Below are positions 54,937 to 64,000 of a stretch of DNA of 64,000 nt, piece after piece (the stretch's first letter is position 1; each line of letters begins with the position of its first letter). Below the pieces are notes generated by a model. That model was not told the origin of the DNA, did not search any database, and saw only the letters and a list, made by a program, of their open reading frames with translations. Origin of the DNA: an uncultured bacterium (GTDB lineage: Bacteria > Actinomycetota > Thermoleophilia > Solirubrobacterales > 70-9); the NCBI GenBank assembly GCA_963725035.1, contig CAVRWX010000010.1:124854-188853 (forward strand). The letters are read 5' to 3'. A program made the position numbers and the translations under genes.

Positions 54937-55536
54937 CTATGGCGTCGGCGTGGGCGGGTCTGGAGGAACGTCCGCCCGGACGACGATCTCGCAGGACCCG
55001 TTCGGGTTCTCCTCGGTCGCGTCCACGATCACGTCGACGAGGTCAAGGACTGCAGTGTCCCTGTCCGCGCCGCAGTTGATGAGGTCAGCCTCACCGTCGC
55101 GGGCGCGGAGCTCGTCGTTCTCGGGACCGCCGACCAGCGTGTCGACGCCCTCGACGTAGACGTCGCCGTCAGCCGCTGCGGTCAGAAGGTCACGTCCGTG
55201 ACCTCCCGCCATGACATCGACGCCTTCGTGCGCCTTCAGCGTGTCATGGCCGTTGCCGCCGCGGATGCGGTCGTCGCCGGGTCCGCCCTTGACAAAGTCG
55301 TTGCCGTTGTCGGCGCCGACCCTGTCGTTGCCTTCGCCGGCTCGGACCAGGTCGTTGCCTCCGAGGGCGCGGACCTTGTCGTCGCCGCCAAGGGCGGTGA
55401 TCGTGTCGTCCCCGCGCGAACCGATGATGCGATCTGCCTCTTCGGTCCCGCGGATGTCCAGGGCCAGAGCGACGGGTGCGAGCGTCAAGACGCACACTCC
55501 TGTCACCAGGCCCAGCCTGGTTGTGGGGGTACTCAT
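54937..55536 (-). CDS. secreted calcium-binding repeat (RTX-like) protein
   Basis: A signal peptide is followed by consecutive nonapeptide repeats: GSRGDDTIT, ALGGDDKVR, ALGGNDLVR, AGEGNDRVG, GGPGDDRIR and GGNGHDTLK. Confidence 0.6.
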   Translation of the reverse strand: MSTPTTRLGLVTGVCVLTLAPVALALDIRGTEEADRIIGSRGDDTITALGGDDKVRALGGNDLVRAGEGNDRVGADNGNDFVKGGPGDDRIRGGNGHDTLKAHEGVDVMAGGHGRDLLTAAADGDVYVEGVDTLVGGPENDELRARDGEADLINCGADRDTAVLDLVDVIVDATEENPNGSCEIVVRADVPPDPPTPTP

Positions 55537-55659
55537 TTCCCTGCCAACCTCCCTGCTGGGTTGGTCGTTTACGCCTTTCGAAACACGGCGACCGAGGACG
55601 AGTTGCGGCGAGTGTCTGGCACAGAGCCGGCACCAAGCGTCACTGCCTGGACCTGGCCC

Positions 55660-56997
55660 TTAGGCGTCGCCGCGCAGCTTTCGCAGCTCTTCGAGGCGCT
55701 TTCTCATGCTTTCCTCGAAGCCTCGGTCCGTTGGCTCGTAGAAGCGGGCGCCTCGGACCTCGGGGGGAAGGAGCGACTCGTCGGAGACTCCGCCCGGCTC
55801 GTCGTGCGGGTAGACGTAGCCCTCTCCCCGGCCCAGCTTCTTGGCTCCCGGATAGTGGGAGTCGCGCAGGGCGTCGGGCGGCAGCTTCGCGCCGTGCTCG
55901 CGGACGTGTCGCATCGCAGACGAGATCGCCGTGGTCGAGGCGTTCGACTTGGGAGCGAGCGCCAGATAGGCCGCGGCCTGCGCCAGGTTGAGAGCGCACT
56001 CGGGCAGCCCCACCCGGTCAACCGCGGCGCCGGCGGCGGTGGCGACCGCAAGGGCTCGGGGGTCGGCGTTGCCGATGTCCTCGGAGGCGAAGATGACCAT
56101 GCGCCGCGCGATGAAGCGCGGGTCTTCCCCGCCCTCCAGCATTACCGCGAGGTAGTAGATGGACGCATCCACGTCGGAGCCGCGCGTCGCCTTGATCCAG
56201 GCCGAGATGTAGTCGTAGTGCCTGTCGCCCTGGCGGTCGTACCCGATCGCCTTCCGCTGGAGCGCGTCCTCGGCCGTCGCGAGGTCGATCGTTCCACCGT
56301 GAGCGCGAGCCGCCTCGACGGCGCGCTCGAGCGCACCCAGCGCTGCGCGCGCATCGCCGCCGGAGCGGTGCGCGAGCAACTCGAGAGCCTCGCCGGCGAT
56401 CTCAGGGGGTTCCGCGATGCCGCGCTCTGGATCCGAGAGCGCTCGGTGCAGGAGCGCCTCGACGTCGCCGGCGCCCAGCTCTCGGAGCTCGTAGATCTGG
56501 CAGCGCGAGAGGAGCGCCGAGTTCACCTCGAAGTACGGGTTCTCCGTGGTGGCGCCGATCAGGGTCACGAGCCCCTCCTCGACGGCCGGCAGGAGCGCGT
56601 CCTGCTGGGCCTTGTTGAAGCGGTGGATCTCGTCGAGGAACAGGACGGTGCGCCGGCCGGAGGGGCGCCGCTCGCGCGCCCGCTCGATCACGGCCGTGAC
56701 CTGAGCCTTGCCCGCGTTCACGGCCGACTCCTCCTCGAACGCGGCGTCGGAGGCCTGGGCGATGATCCGCGCGAGCGTGGTCTTGCCCGTACCGGGCGGG
56801 CCATAGAGGATCGCCGAGTGAGGCTCGCGAGTCTCGACCGCGGTGCGAAGCGCCGAGCCATCGGCAAGAAGATGGCCCTGCCCCACCAGCTCTTCCAGCG
56901 TCTGTGGGCGCATCCGGACTGCGAGAGGCGCATCGGCCGCCGAGACGCCGCGCGTTGTCGCCCTTTCCTCCGGCTCGTCGAAGAGGCGACTCTCCAT
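55660..56997 (-). CDS. rarA: replication-associated recombination protein A (AAA+ ATPase)
   Basis: Walker A is GPPGTGKTT and Walker B is [13 protein letters not shown] MgsA C-terminal domain is present. The protein is 445 aa. Confidence 0.93.
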   Translation of the reverse strand: MESRLFDEPEERATTRGVSAADAPLAVRMRPQTLEELVGQGHLLADGSALRTAVETREPHSAILYGPPGTGKTTLARIIAQASDAAFEEESAVNAGKAQVTAVIERARERRPSGRRTVLFLDEIHRFNKAQQDALLPAVEEGLVTLIGATTENPYFEVNSALLSRCQIYELRELGAGDVEALLHRALSDPERGIAEPPEIAGEALELLAHRSGGDARAALGALERAVEAARAHGGTIDLATAEDALQRKAIGYDRQGDRHYDYISAWIKATRGSDVDASIYYLAVMLEGGEDPRFIARRMVIFASEDIGNADPRALAVATAAGAAVDRVGLPECALNLAQAAAYLALAPKSNASTTAISSAMRHVREHGAKLPPDALRDSHYPGAKKLGRGEGYVYPHDEPGGVSDESLLPPEVRGARFYEPTDRGFEESMRKRLEELRKLRGDA

Positions 56998-57037
56998 TGC
57001 CGGAGTATGCCCCGGCGCAGCCTCACTCTAGCCTGGA

Positions 57038-58387
57038 TTGATGGAATTGACCGGAACGGCGCCGACTGAGACGCTTGGAAGCGAGGCCGTCCAGCTGCTC
57101 TCCGAGCTCCTTCGCTTCAACACCGTCAACCCGCCCGGGAACGAGCGGCCCGCCCAGGAGCACGTCGCCAAGATCCTGCGTGACGCGGGCTTCGAGGTCG
57201 AGTTGCTCGAGCGTGAGCCCGACCGCACCAACGTCATCGCCCGGCTCAAGGGCGAGGCCGAGGGCCCGATCCTGGCCTACATCAGCCACATGGACACCGT
57301 GCCCGCCGATCCGGACGAGTGGAGCTTCAGCCCGTGGTCGGGGGACGTCGTCGACGGCTTCGTCCAGGGGCGGGGCGGGCAGGACATGAAGGACCAGGTC
57401 GCAACCGAGGTGGCCGCGGCGGCGCACCTGGCGCGCTCGGGCTGGCGGCCCGCGCGTGGCGAGCTCAAGGTGATCGTGGCGGCCGACGAGGAGCTCGGCG
57501 CCAACATGGGCGCCAAGTGGCTCTGCGAGGAGCACCCCGAGAAGGTGCGTGCCGATTTCGTGGTGAACGAGGGCGGCGGCGCCCTCTTCGAGGTCGACGG
57601 CAAGCGCTTCTACCCCGTCTCGCTTGGGGAGAAGGGTGTCTTCCGCTTCAAGCTCAAGGCTCGTGGCCGCGCGGGCCACGGCTCCGTCCCCAGCCTCGGC
57701 GACAACGCGCTCCTCCGCCTTGCGCCGGCGATCTCTCGTTTGGTCGAGCAGCCCCCGCTTCAGGCGACCGCGGCCGGCCTCGAGTTCCTCCAAGCGACGA
57801 TCGGCCGCACGGTGGACACGGCCAATCCGGGCGACCTTGTCGCCGCGCTCGCCGAGCTCAGGCGGCTCGCACCCGAGGCCGCCGCCTATATGGCTGAGCC
57901 GATGCTCCGCGTGACACTCGTGCCCACTCAGATCCAGGCCGCGCCAGCCGACAACATAATCCCGGGAAGTGCCGAGGTCGTCGTCGATTGCCGCGTCCCG
58001 CCCGGCCTGGGCGAAGAGCACGTCCGCGAGCAGATCGCGACCGTCCTGGGCACCCAGGACCCTTCCCTCGAGATCGAGTTCGATGACAAGACGATCGGCA
58101 ACGAGTCGCCATACGAGACGGATCTCGCCGACGCGATACGGGAATGGCTCGCGGAGGTTGACCCCGAGGCCACCCTCGTCCCTGACGTCATGCCGGGCTT
58201 CTCGGATTCGCACTGGTGGCGCAAGGCCTTCGACTCCACCGTCGTGTACGGATTTCACCCCCAGCGCGAGCTCGACATGCTGACGGCGGCGCCTCTCGTC
58301 CACGGCGCCGATGAGGGCGCGGCGGTCGCCGACGTCGAGCTTGCGGCAGACTTCTACGCATGGCTGGCAAGGAGGCTGCTGGGATGA
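57038..58387 (+). CDS. M20-family metallopeptidase (ArgE/DapE/ACY1-like)
   Basis: The protein contains LLRFNTVNPPGNE, SHMDTVP and GRGGQDMKDQ, and is 449 aa. Confidence 0.85.
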   Translation: MMELTGTAPTETLGSEAVQLLSELLRFNTVNPPGNERPAQEHVAKILRDAGFEVELLEREPDRTNVIARLKGEAEGPILAYISHMDTVPADPDEWSFSPWSGDVVDGFVQGRGGQDMKDQVATEVAAAAHLARSGWRPARGELKVIVAADEELGANMGAKWLCEEHPEKVRADFVVNEGGGALFEVDGKRFYPVSLGEKGVFRFKLKARGRAGHGSVPSLGDNALLRLAPAISRLVEQPPLQATAAGLEFLQATIGRTVDTANPGDLVAALAELRRLAPEAAAYMAEPMLRVTLVPTQIQAAPADNIIPGSAEVVVDCRVPPGLGEEHVREQIATVLGTQDPSLEIEFDDKTIGNESPYETDLADAIREWLAEVDPEATLVPDVMPGFSDSHWWRKAFDSTVVYGFHPQRELDMLTAAPLVHGADEGAAVADVELAADFYAWLARRLLG

Positions 58388-59298
58388 GCGGCCCCGAAGA
58401 GGGGTCAGACCCCTCGCGGACGAAAGACGACGGGCCCGAGGAGGCTCAGGGGTCAGACCCCAAGGAGCAGCTTCGCCTAGGCGGAATGGCCTTGCGGAAC
58501 GGGCTCTTGGTGCACGGGCCAACGCACTGGGCGATCGCCGTTCGCAACAAGGCCGGCGAGATCGAGGTCGCATCCGGAGCCAAGCCCTCGTTCGCTCGCG
58601 GGCGCCTGGCAACGACGCCCATGGTGCGAGGCCCGCTGCGACTGGCCGAGGCTCTCGCGGTCGTCCCCATTGCCCGCACGCGCCTGCGCTCGGCCCGGCT
58701 GCCATTCGAAGACCCCAGGGTGATCGTCGCGGCGGCGATGGCCAGCGCGGCGTCGGCAGCGGCCCGCAAGTTCGCGCGCGGCAACGCCTCGCGCGAGGCG
58801 ATGATCGCGCTGCTCGGCCTGATCCCCGCCCTCGCTGCGCTCCGGGACCCGGACCTCGCCGCCTACCACGGCGCCGAGCACAAGGCGATCGGCGCTTATG
58901 AGTCCGGAGGGGCGGCTGCGGACGAGCCGAAGGAGCATGAGCGCTGCGGCTCGAACCTGATCGGGCCCATGCTCGCCTTCAGCGTCGCGGGCCAGGTCCT
59001 GGTCGAGGGCACGCTCGAGCGCCCGAACGCGATTGCGCGGGGCGCCGCATCCCTGGCTGCAACCGGCGCTGCAGTCGAGGTGTTCGCATTTTCCGAGCGC
59101 AACCCCGACGCGGCGCTCTCGCGGGCCGTGCACGGCGCGGGATACGAGATCCAGCGCCTGATTTCGACCCGCGAGCCGACCACCCACCAGCTCGATGTTG
59201 GCGAGGCAGCCGTGCGTGAGCTACTAAGAGTCGAGCCCCCGGCTGCCGATAGTTCAGAGGAGGGATCCGCAGGGGTCGCTCCACCGCTTCCGACATGA
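58384..59298 (+). CDS. DUF1385-family protein
   Basis: ATG 58384 overlaps the M20 stop (ATGA). The protein contains GGMALRNGLLVHGP...YHGAEHKAI...HERCGSN. Confidence 0.75.
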   Translation: MSGPEEGSDPSRTKDDGPEEAQGSDPKEQLRLGGMALRNGLLVHGPTHWAIAVRNKAGEIEVASGAKPSFARGRLATTPMVRGPLRLAEALAVVPIARTRLRSARLPFEDPRVIVAAAMASAASAAARKFARGNASREAMIALLGLIPALAALRDPDLAAYHGAEHKAIGAYESGGAAADEPKEHERCGSNLIGPMLAFSVAGQVLVEGTLERPNAIARGAASLAATGAAVEVFAFSERNPDAALSRAVHGAGYEIQRLISTREPTTHQLDVGEAAVRELLRVEPPAADSSEEGSAGVAPPLPT

Positions 59299-60860
59299 GC
59301 CTTTCGCAGATTCCAATCGCCATCAGTTATGACGACGTAGAGCGCTACGTCTATCCGATCCTGCCGATCCTGATCCTCGGCGTCATTTGCTACTTCATGT
59401 GGCGCACGCTGAAGCTGATGCCGAAGACGAAGCCGCAGGAGATCAGCTCCAAGTCGAAGCAGACCGTGACCTTCGACGACGTGGCCGGCGTCGATGAGAC
59501 CAAGGATGAGCTTCGCGAGATCGTCGAGTTCCTCTCCGACCCGAAGCGGTTCAAGCGCCTAGGCGCAAAGGTGCCGAAGGGAATTCTTCTTCACGGCCCG
59601 CCGGGCACCGGCAAGACGCTCCTGGCGAAGGCCGTCGCGCACGAGTCCGGTGCGACGTTCCTCTCCCAGTCGGCCTCCTCGTTCATCGAGATGTTCGCCG
59701 GCCTCGGCGCCGCCCGCATCCGTCGCCTCTTCAAGGAGGCGCGCGAGGCCGCTCCGGCGATCGTCTTCATTGACGAGCTGGACGCGGTCGGCGGCGAGCG
59801 CGGTTCGGATGTCTCCGGCGAGCGCGATCAGACCCTCAACCAGCTCCTGGTGGAGATGGACGGCTTCAACTCGCAGGACAACGTGGTCGTGATGGCGGCG
59901 TCGAACCTCCTGGAAAAGCTCGACAAGGCGCTCCTTCGCCCCGGCCGCTTCGACCGCCAGGTCTTCGTCCCGCCGCCTGACCGCAAGGGCCGCTTCGAGA
60001 TCCTCAAGGTCCACACGCTTACGAAGCCACTCGGCCAGGACGTGGATCTCGAGCGCGTCGCGCGTCACGGCTCGGGGCTCACCGGCGCCGACCTCGCCAA
60101 CCTCGCGAACGAGGCCGCAATCCTCGCCGGCCGCGAGAGGCGTGAGTTCATCGTCCAGGCCGACTTCGACAACGCGCTGGAGCGCGTCGTCGCCGGCCTC
60201 GAGTCGCGGAAGATCATCACGGACCACGAGAAGAAGGTCATCGCCTGGCATGAGGCGGGCCACGCCATCGCCTCGGAGCTTCTCCCCTCGGTCGACAAGG
60301 TCCAGAAGGTCTCGATCGTTCCGCGAGGCAAGGCGCTCGGCTACACGCTCAACCTGCCGCAGGAGGATCGCTACCTCAAGACCCGCCAGGAGCTGATCGA
60401 TTACATGAAGGTGCTCCTCGCCGGCCGAGTCGCCGAGCAGATCACCTTCGGCCGGATCACGACGGGCGCGTCCGACGACCTCAAACGCGTCACCGCGATC
60501 GCCCGCTCGATGGTGGACGACTACGCGATGGGCACCCACATCCGCTCGCACCAGGTGCCGAGCCAGGACTTCAGGACCTCCGAGGCGCTCCGCCAGATCC
60601 GCGACGAGGAGGTCCAAGCCATCGCCGAGGAGGCGTACCGCGGCGCCCATCAGCTCCTCTCCGACCACCGCGACCTGCTCGACCTGGTCGCCGAGCAGCT
60701 TCTCGCGAACGAGGTCATCGAGCACGACGAGATCAAGGAGATCATGGAGGCCCACCGCGAGCGCACGAGCGATGCCGAGGCCGAGCCGGACGAGACCTCT
60801 CACCCTGCCGAGGTCTATGCGAGCGAGGACGGCGAGCCGTCCCGCGAGGACGCCTCTTAG
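59295..60860 (+). CDS. ftsH: FtsH-like AAA+ zinc metalloprotease, short form with a single N-terminal TM helix
   Basis: ATG 59295 overlaps the DUF1385 stop (ATGA). It has [17 protein letters not shown], an SRH and HEAGHAI. Only about 40 residues precede the AAA module, so there is no periplasmic domain. Confidence 0.9.
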   Translation: MSLSQIPIAISYDDVERYVYPILPILILGVICYFMWRTLKLMPKTKPQEISSKSKQTVTFDDVAGVDETKDELREIVEFLSDPKRFKRLGAKVPKGILLHGPPGTGKTLLAKAVAHESGATFLSQSASSFIEMFAGLGAARIRRLFKEAREAAPAIVFIDELDAVGGERGSDVSGERDQTLNQLLVEMDGFNSQDNVVVMAASNLLEKLDKALLRPGRFDRQVFVPPPDRKGRFEILKVHTLTKPLGQDVDLERVARHGSGLTGADLANLANEAAILAGRERREFIVQADFDNALERVVAGLESRKIITDHEKKVIAWHEAGHAIASELLPSVDKVQKVSIVPRGKALGYTLNLPQEDRYLKTRQELIDYMKVLLAGRVAEQITFGRITTGASDDLKRVTAIARSMVDDYAMGTHIRSHQVPSQDFRTSEALRQIRDEEVQAIAEEAYRGAHQLLSDHRDLLDLVAEQLLANEVIEHDEIKEIMEAHRERTSDAEAEPDETSHPAEVYASEDGEPSREDAS

Positions 60861-60881
60861 GCCCAAATACACTCGGGCCGG

Positions 60882-61292
60882 ATGTTCGGCCTGATCGATC
60901 ACATCGGCGTTGCGACCGACGACCTCGAGGCGTCGCTGGCGCTCTATGAGGGCCCAATGGCGATGTCGCTCTCTCACCGCGAGACGGTCGAGGAGCAGGG
61001 CGTCGAAGCCGTTCTTCTCGACGTCGGCGACTGCCATGTCGAGCTCCTCAGCCCGCTCGGGCCGGACACCCCGGTCGGCAAGTTCCTCGAGCGCAAGGGC
61101 CCCGGTCTCCACCATGTCGCCTACCGCGTCGACGACATCTCGGCCGCGCTTGCCCAGCTGGCGGACGCAGGCATCGAGTTGATCGACTCCGAGCCGCGCA
61201 CCGGCATCCGCCAGAGCCAGGTCGCCTTCCTTCACCCCCGCTCGACGGGCGGCGTACTAACTGAAATCGTCCAACCCGCGAAGGGACACTGA
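60882..61292 (+). CDS. mce: methylmalonyl-CoA epimerase (VOC family)
   Basis: The protein contains IDHIGVATDDLEASLALY...VELLSPLGPDTPVGKFLERKGPGLHHVAYRVDD and is 136 aa. Confidence 0.9.
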   Translation: MFGLIDHIGVATDDLEASLALYEGPMAMSLSHRETVEEQGVEAVLLDVGDCHVELLSPLGPDTPVGKFLERKGPGLHHVAYRVDDISAALAQLADAGIELIDSEPRTGIRQSQVAFLHPRSTGGVLTEIVQPAKGH

Positions 61293-61293
61293 A

Positions 61294-61515
61294 ATGGCAG
61301 AAGAAGAAACGAAGGTCGAGATCGGGTTCGGGATCGGACAGGTCCTGTCCGTGAAGCTCTCCGAGTCGGAGCTCTCGGAGCTCCGCAAGTCCGTCGAGAA
61401 CGGCAAGGGCTGGCACGACCTGAAGACCCCGGAGGGCAGCGTCGCCCTGAACCTGGCGACCGTCGTCTTCATCCGCGTCGCCGACCCGGCGCGCGGAATC
61501 GGCTTTAGCGGCTAG
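61294..61515 (+). CDS. small DUF3107-like protein
   Basis: The 73-aa protein reads VEIGFGIGQVLSVKLSESELSELRKSVENGKGWHDLKTPEGSVALNLATVVFIRV. It starts 2 nt after the mce stop. Confidence 0.5.
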   Translation: MAEEETKVEIGFGIGQVLSVKLSESELSELRKSVENGKGWHDLKTPEGSVALNLATVVFIRVADPARGIGFSG

Positions 61516-61521
61516 CCGCCT

Positions 61522-61571
61522 GGTGCCTGGCACGGTGCCTGGCACCTCGCGAAGCGGGGTTGCCTGGCGCC
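61522..61571. repeat. short tandem GGTGCCTGGCAC x2 plus a degenerate third copy between convergent genes
   Basis: The copies are GGTGCCTGGCAC at 61522-61533, an identical copy at 61534-61545, and GGTTGCCTGGCGCC at 61558-61571. Confidence 0.6.
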
Positions 61572-63094
61572 TAGTCGCGATCCATTAACACTCGCCTCAG
61601 GATCTTCCCCGAGGCTGACTTCGGGATCTCGTCGATCTCCTCGACCAGGCGCACCTTCTTCTGCGGCGAGACCTGCTCGGCGACGTAGGCCATCAACGCG
61701 TCGTGGTCCACGTCGGTGTCGGCCGCCGGGACGATGAACGCCTTGGGGATCTCGCCGGCGTCCTCGTCGGGCACGCCGATGACGGCGCAGTCGGCCACGT
61801 CGGGGTGGTTGATCAGGATCGCCTCGAGCTCTGCCGGCGGGACCTGGAAGCCCTTGTACTTGATGAGCTCCTTGAGCCGGTCAACGATGAAGTAGAAGCC
61901 GTCCGAGTCGCGCAACGCGATATCGCCCGTGTGTAGCCAACCGTCCGGGTCGATCGTCGCCGCGGTCGCCTCGTCGTTGTTGAGGTAGCCGGCCATCACC
62001 TGCGGCCCGCGGATCCAGAGCTCGCCGCGCTCGCCCTCCGCGACGTCCTCGCCGGACTCGACGTCGATGATGCGGCACTCGGTGTCCACGAGCTCCCGGC
62101 CGATCGAGCCCGGGCGGTTCTCGCCACCGGGGCGGATCAGGTGCGTCACCGGGCTCGTCTCCGTCATGCCGTAGCCCTGGAACACCTCGCAGTCCAGGCG
62201 CTCGGCGACCTTGTCTGAGAGCTCCGCGCCCAGAGGCGCGGCCCCCGACATGACGTTTTGGACCGAGGAGAGATCCCGCTCGTCCACTGCCGGGTGCTTG
62301 GCGAGGGCCAGAGCGATCGGCGGGACCACGAAGACCTGCGAGATCTCGTGCTCCTGGATCAGGTCGAGGAACTGGTCGAGGTCGAACCGCGGCATCGAGA
62401 CGATCGTCGCCCCCGAGCGAAGGCCCTGGTTCAGGATCACGGTCTGCCCGTAGATGTGGAAGAACGGCAGAACCCCCAGGAGGACGTCGTCCTCGGAGAT
62501 CTGAAACGCGTCCTGGATCTGGACCAGGTTGGCGACCAGGTTTTGGTGCGTGAGGATCACGCCCTTGGGGAGGCCGGTCGTGCCGCTCGAGTACGGCAGG
62601 ACCGCGTGGTCGTCGCCAGAGATGTCCGGGTCGGGCGCATCCGCGGGATCGCCCATCAGCTCGGAGAGCGGCGTCGCGCCATCGGCCTCGCCGACGACGA
62701 AGATCTCCTCAATGTCCGCTGCCTCCGCCGCGGTTGCCGCCACATCCAGGAATTGCGGGATCGTCAGGAGGTACTTCGACTCCGAGTCCTCGAGCTGGTG
62801 CTGGAGCTCGCGAGCGGTGTAGAGCGGGTTGGCGGTCGAAGCCTTGCCGCCGGCGCGCGCAGCGCCGTGAAACGCGACTGCGTACTCGGGGAGGTTCGGC
62901 ATGTAGACGCAAAGGCAGTCGCCTCGCCCGAAGCCGCGCGCGGCGAGGCCGGCGGCGAGCGCACGTGTCGCCTGGTCGAGCTCGGCGTAGGTGATCGTGC
63001 GCCCGGTCGGGCCGTCGATCAGGGCCGGCTTGTCGCCGAGCTCCTGGGCGCGCTCGAGGACGAAGGAGGTGACGTCGGTCTCGGGATAATCCAT
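61571..63094 (-). CDS. AMP-dependent acyl-CoA synthetase/ligase (4-coumarate/long-chain fatty-acid CoA ligase-like)
   Basis: The AMP-binding motif is LPYSSGTTGLPKGV. GYGMTE and a C-terminal IPKSASGKILRR are also present. The protein is 507 aa. Confidence 0.9.
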   Translation of the reverse strand: MDYPETDVTSFVLERAQELGDKPALIDGPTGRTITYAELDQATRALAAGLAARGFGRGDCLCVYMPNLPEYAVAFHGAARAGGKASTANPLYTARELQHQLEDSESKYLLTIPQFLDVAATAAEAADIEEIFVVGEADGATPLSELMGDPADAPDPDISGDDHAVLPYSSGTTGLPKGVILTHQNLVANLVQIQDAFQISEDDVLLGVLPFFHIYGQTVILNQGLRSGATIVSMPRFDLDQFLDLIQEHEISQVFVVPPIALALAKHPAVDERDLSSVQNVMSGAAPLGAELSDKVAERLDCEVFQGYGMTETSPVTHLIRPGGENRPGSIGRELVDTECRIIDVESGEDVAEGERGELWIRGPQVMAGYLNNDEATAATIDPDGWLHTGDIALRDSDGFYFIVDRLKELIKYKGFQVPPAELEAILINHPDVADCAVIGVPDEDAGEIPKAFIVPAADTDVDHDALMAYVAEQVSPQKKVRLVEEIDEIPKSASGKILRRVLMDRD

Positions 63095-63103
63095 AACCGC
63101 AAT

Positions 63104-64000
63104 CTATGCGCTTCGCGTGCCGCGGAGCTTCAGGTATTCGGCCCGCTTGCAGAAGCTCTCGCGCATCTCGGAGGTCAGCTCTTCCAGGAACTCGCGCCGG
63201 TAGACGTCGTCGGTGAGCATCGAGATCGCGAAGTAGAGCCCCGTGAAGGCTGCGATCGCTCCCGCCACGCGCAGGAGTTCCTCGCTGAGGATGGCCGCGT
63301 GGCCGAAGAGGTCGAACTCGATGAGGACGTTCGGTGCGCTCCCGGTCCAGTCCTCGGTGATCGCGGGATCGATCGCGAGGACTCCGAGCGCGATGAAGAA
63401 GCCGCCGATGGCGAGGCTCACGAAGAGCACCTGGAGCGCCTGGCTCACGAACATCACCAGCCCGACGTTGACGAGCTCGCGGCGGTCGAGCGGGCGGCGC
63501 CTCGGCGTCCGCCTCGCGCTCGAGGGCGCGCACCTCGCGCGGCAGGCGCGCGACGAGGAAGCTGGTTCCCAAGAGAACGAACAACCCGGTCAGGATCGCA
63601 AGCGCGGCAGGCTCGACCGTTGTGAACACCTGCCAGACCTCGTTCGTCAAGAAGAGGACGACCGAGAAGATCATCAGCAGGGGTACCGCGCGCGCGAACA
63701 GCTCGAACGAGGCGCGGAGCTGGCCGACGAGGCGCCCCAGCGTCCAGCGCAGGATCGAGACGAGTCCGAGCCCCACGACGGCGTAGATCAGGCCGAGGAG
63801 GACCAGGTTGCCGCCCGCGGTGACGAGGGCGCTGCGCCATTGCCCGCCGAAGATGAGTGGCAGGACGCGCCGGGACGATCACGAACAGGGCGAGCTCCGT
63901 CTTGCCGACGTCCTGGGGAATCGCCCGTGCGGGGCGCCCGCGGGCGCGGTTGAGGAGCATGATCCCGATCAGGAAGATGGCGAGGGCGGCCGTGACCGCG
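63104..64000 (-). CDS. polytopic membrane protein, 5' end beyond the window, two frame breaks as sequenced (about 63868 and 63478)
   Basis: The natural sequence runs ...AVTAALAIFLIGIMLLNRARG...ELALFVIVP. It continues as RVLPLIFGGQWRSALVTAGGNLVLLGLIYAVVGLGLVSILRW...EADAEAPP. The last segment is LDRRELVNVGLVMFVSQALQV...LKLRGTRSA*. The three segments lie in three frames. Confidence 0.5.

Noticed and set aside
61528-61545. TGGCAC repeats read as a sigma-54 (-24/-12) promoter
   Set aside because: The downstream element is CTGGC, not TTGC, at the required spacing. The site lies between two convergent gene ends.

Overview
This is a high-GC (roughly 68-70% by eye) chromosomal segment. Its gene content looks actinobacterial, Thermoleophilia/Rubrobacteria-like. 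I support about 65 protein genes and one tRNA-Arg(CCT). I found no rRNA, CRISPR array, transposase or integrase. Recognisable genes are: accA, purA, dnaB with a translationally coupled DnaC/DnaI-like ATPase, rpsF-ssb-rpsR-rplI, otsA and treT, an mprA-mprB-pepD-like module, thiL, a class A PBP, mscS, pyrE, an L,D-transpeptidase, galT, an SPFH/NfeD pair, a large SF2 helicase, birA, a ccmA-ccmB-ccmC-(ccmD-like)-hemA-hemC-cobA/hemD operon, an aldehyde dehydrogenase, rarA, an M20 peptidase, DUF1385, a short FtsH paralog, mce and an acyl-CoA ligase. Many long ORFs in the supplied track are Arg/Pro-rich antisense or out-of-frame shadows typical of high-GC DNA, and I did not call them. The most pervasive anomaly is about twenty single-base reading-frame breaks. 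Nearly all require removal of one base, and they hit essential genes (dnaB, birA, PBP1A). One thioredoxin-like gene carries five breaks plus an in-frame stop. Consensus error is the simplest explanation, but it needs checking. Four non-coding oddities stand out: a 49-nt imperfect palindrome present twice, 50 kb apart; two exactly phased 60-nt tandem hairpin units with covarying inner stems; a 33-nt-period repeat cluster upstream of rpsF; and twin related hairpins upstream of dnaB. There is also a lower-GC one-gene islet next to tRNA-Arg bounded by a 10-nt repeat of the tRNA 3' end, and a 40% GC patch inside the sensor kinase. I did not find a convincing novel multi-gene system such as a defence island. 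All family calls come from motif recognition by eye, not from searches.
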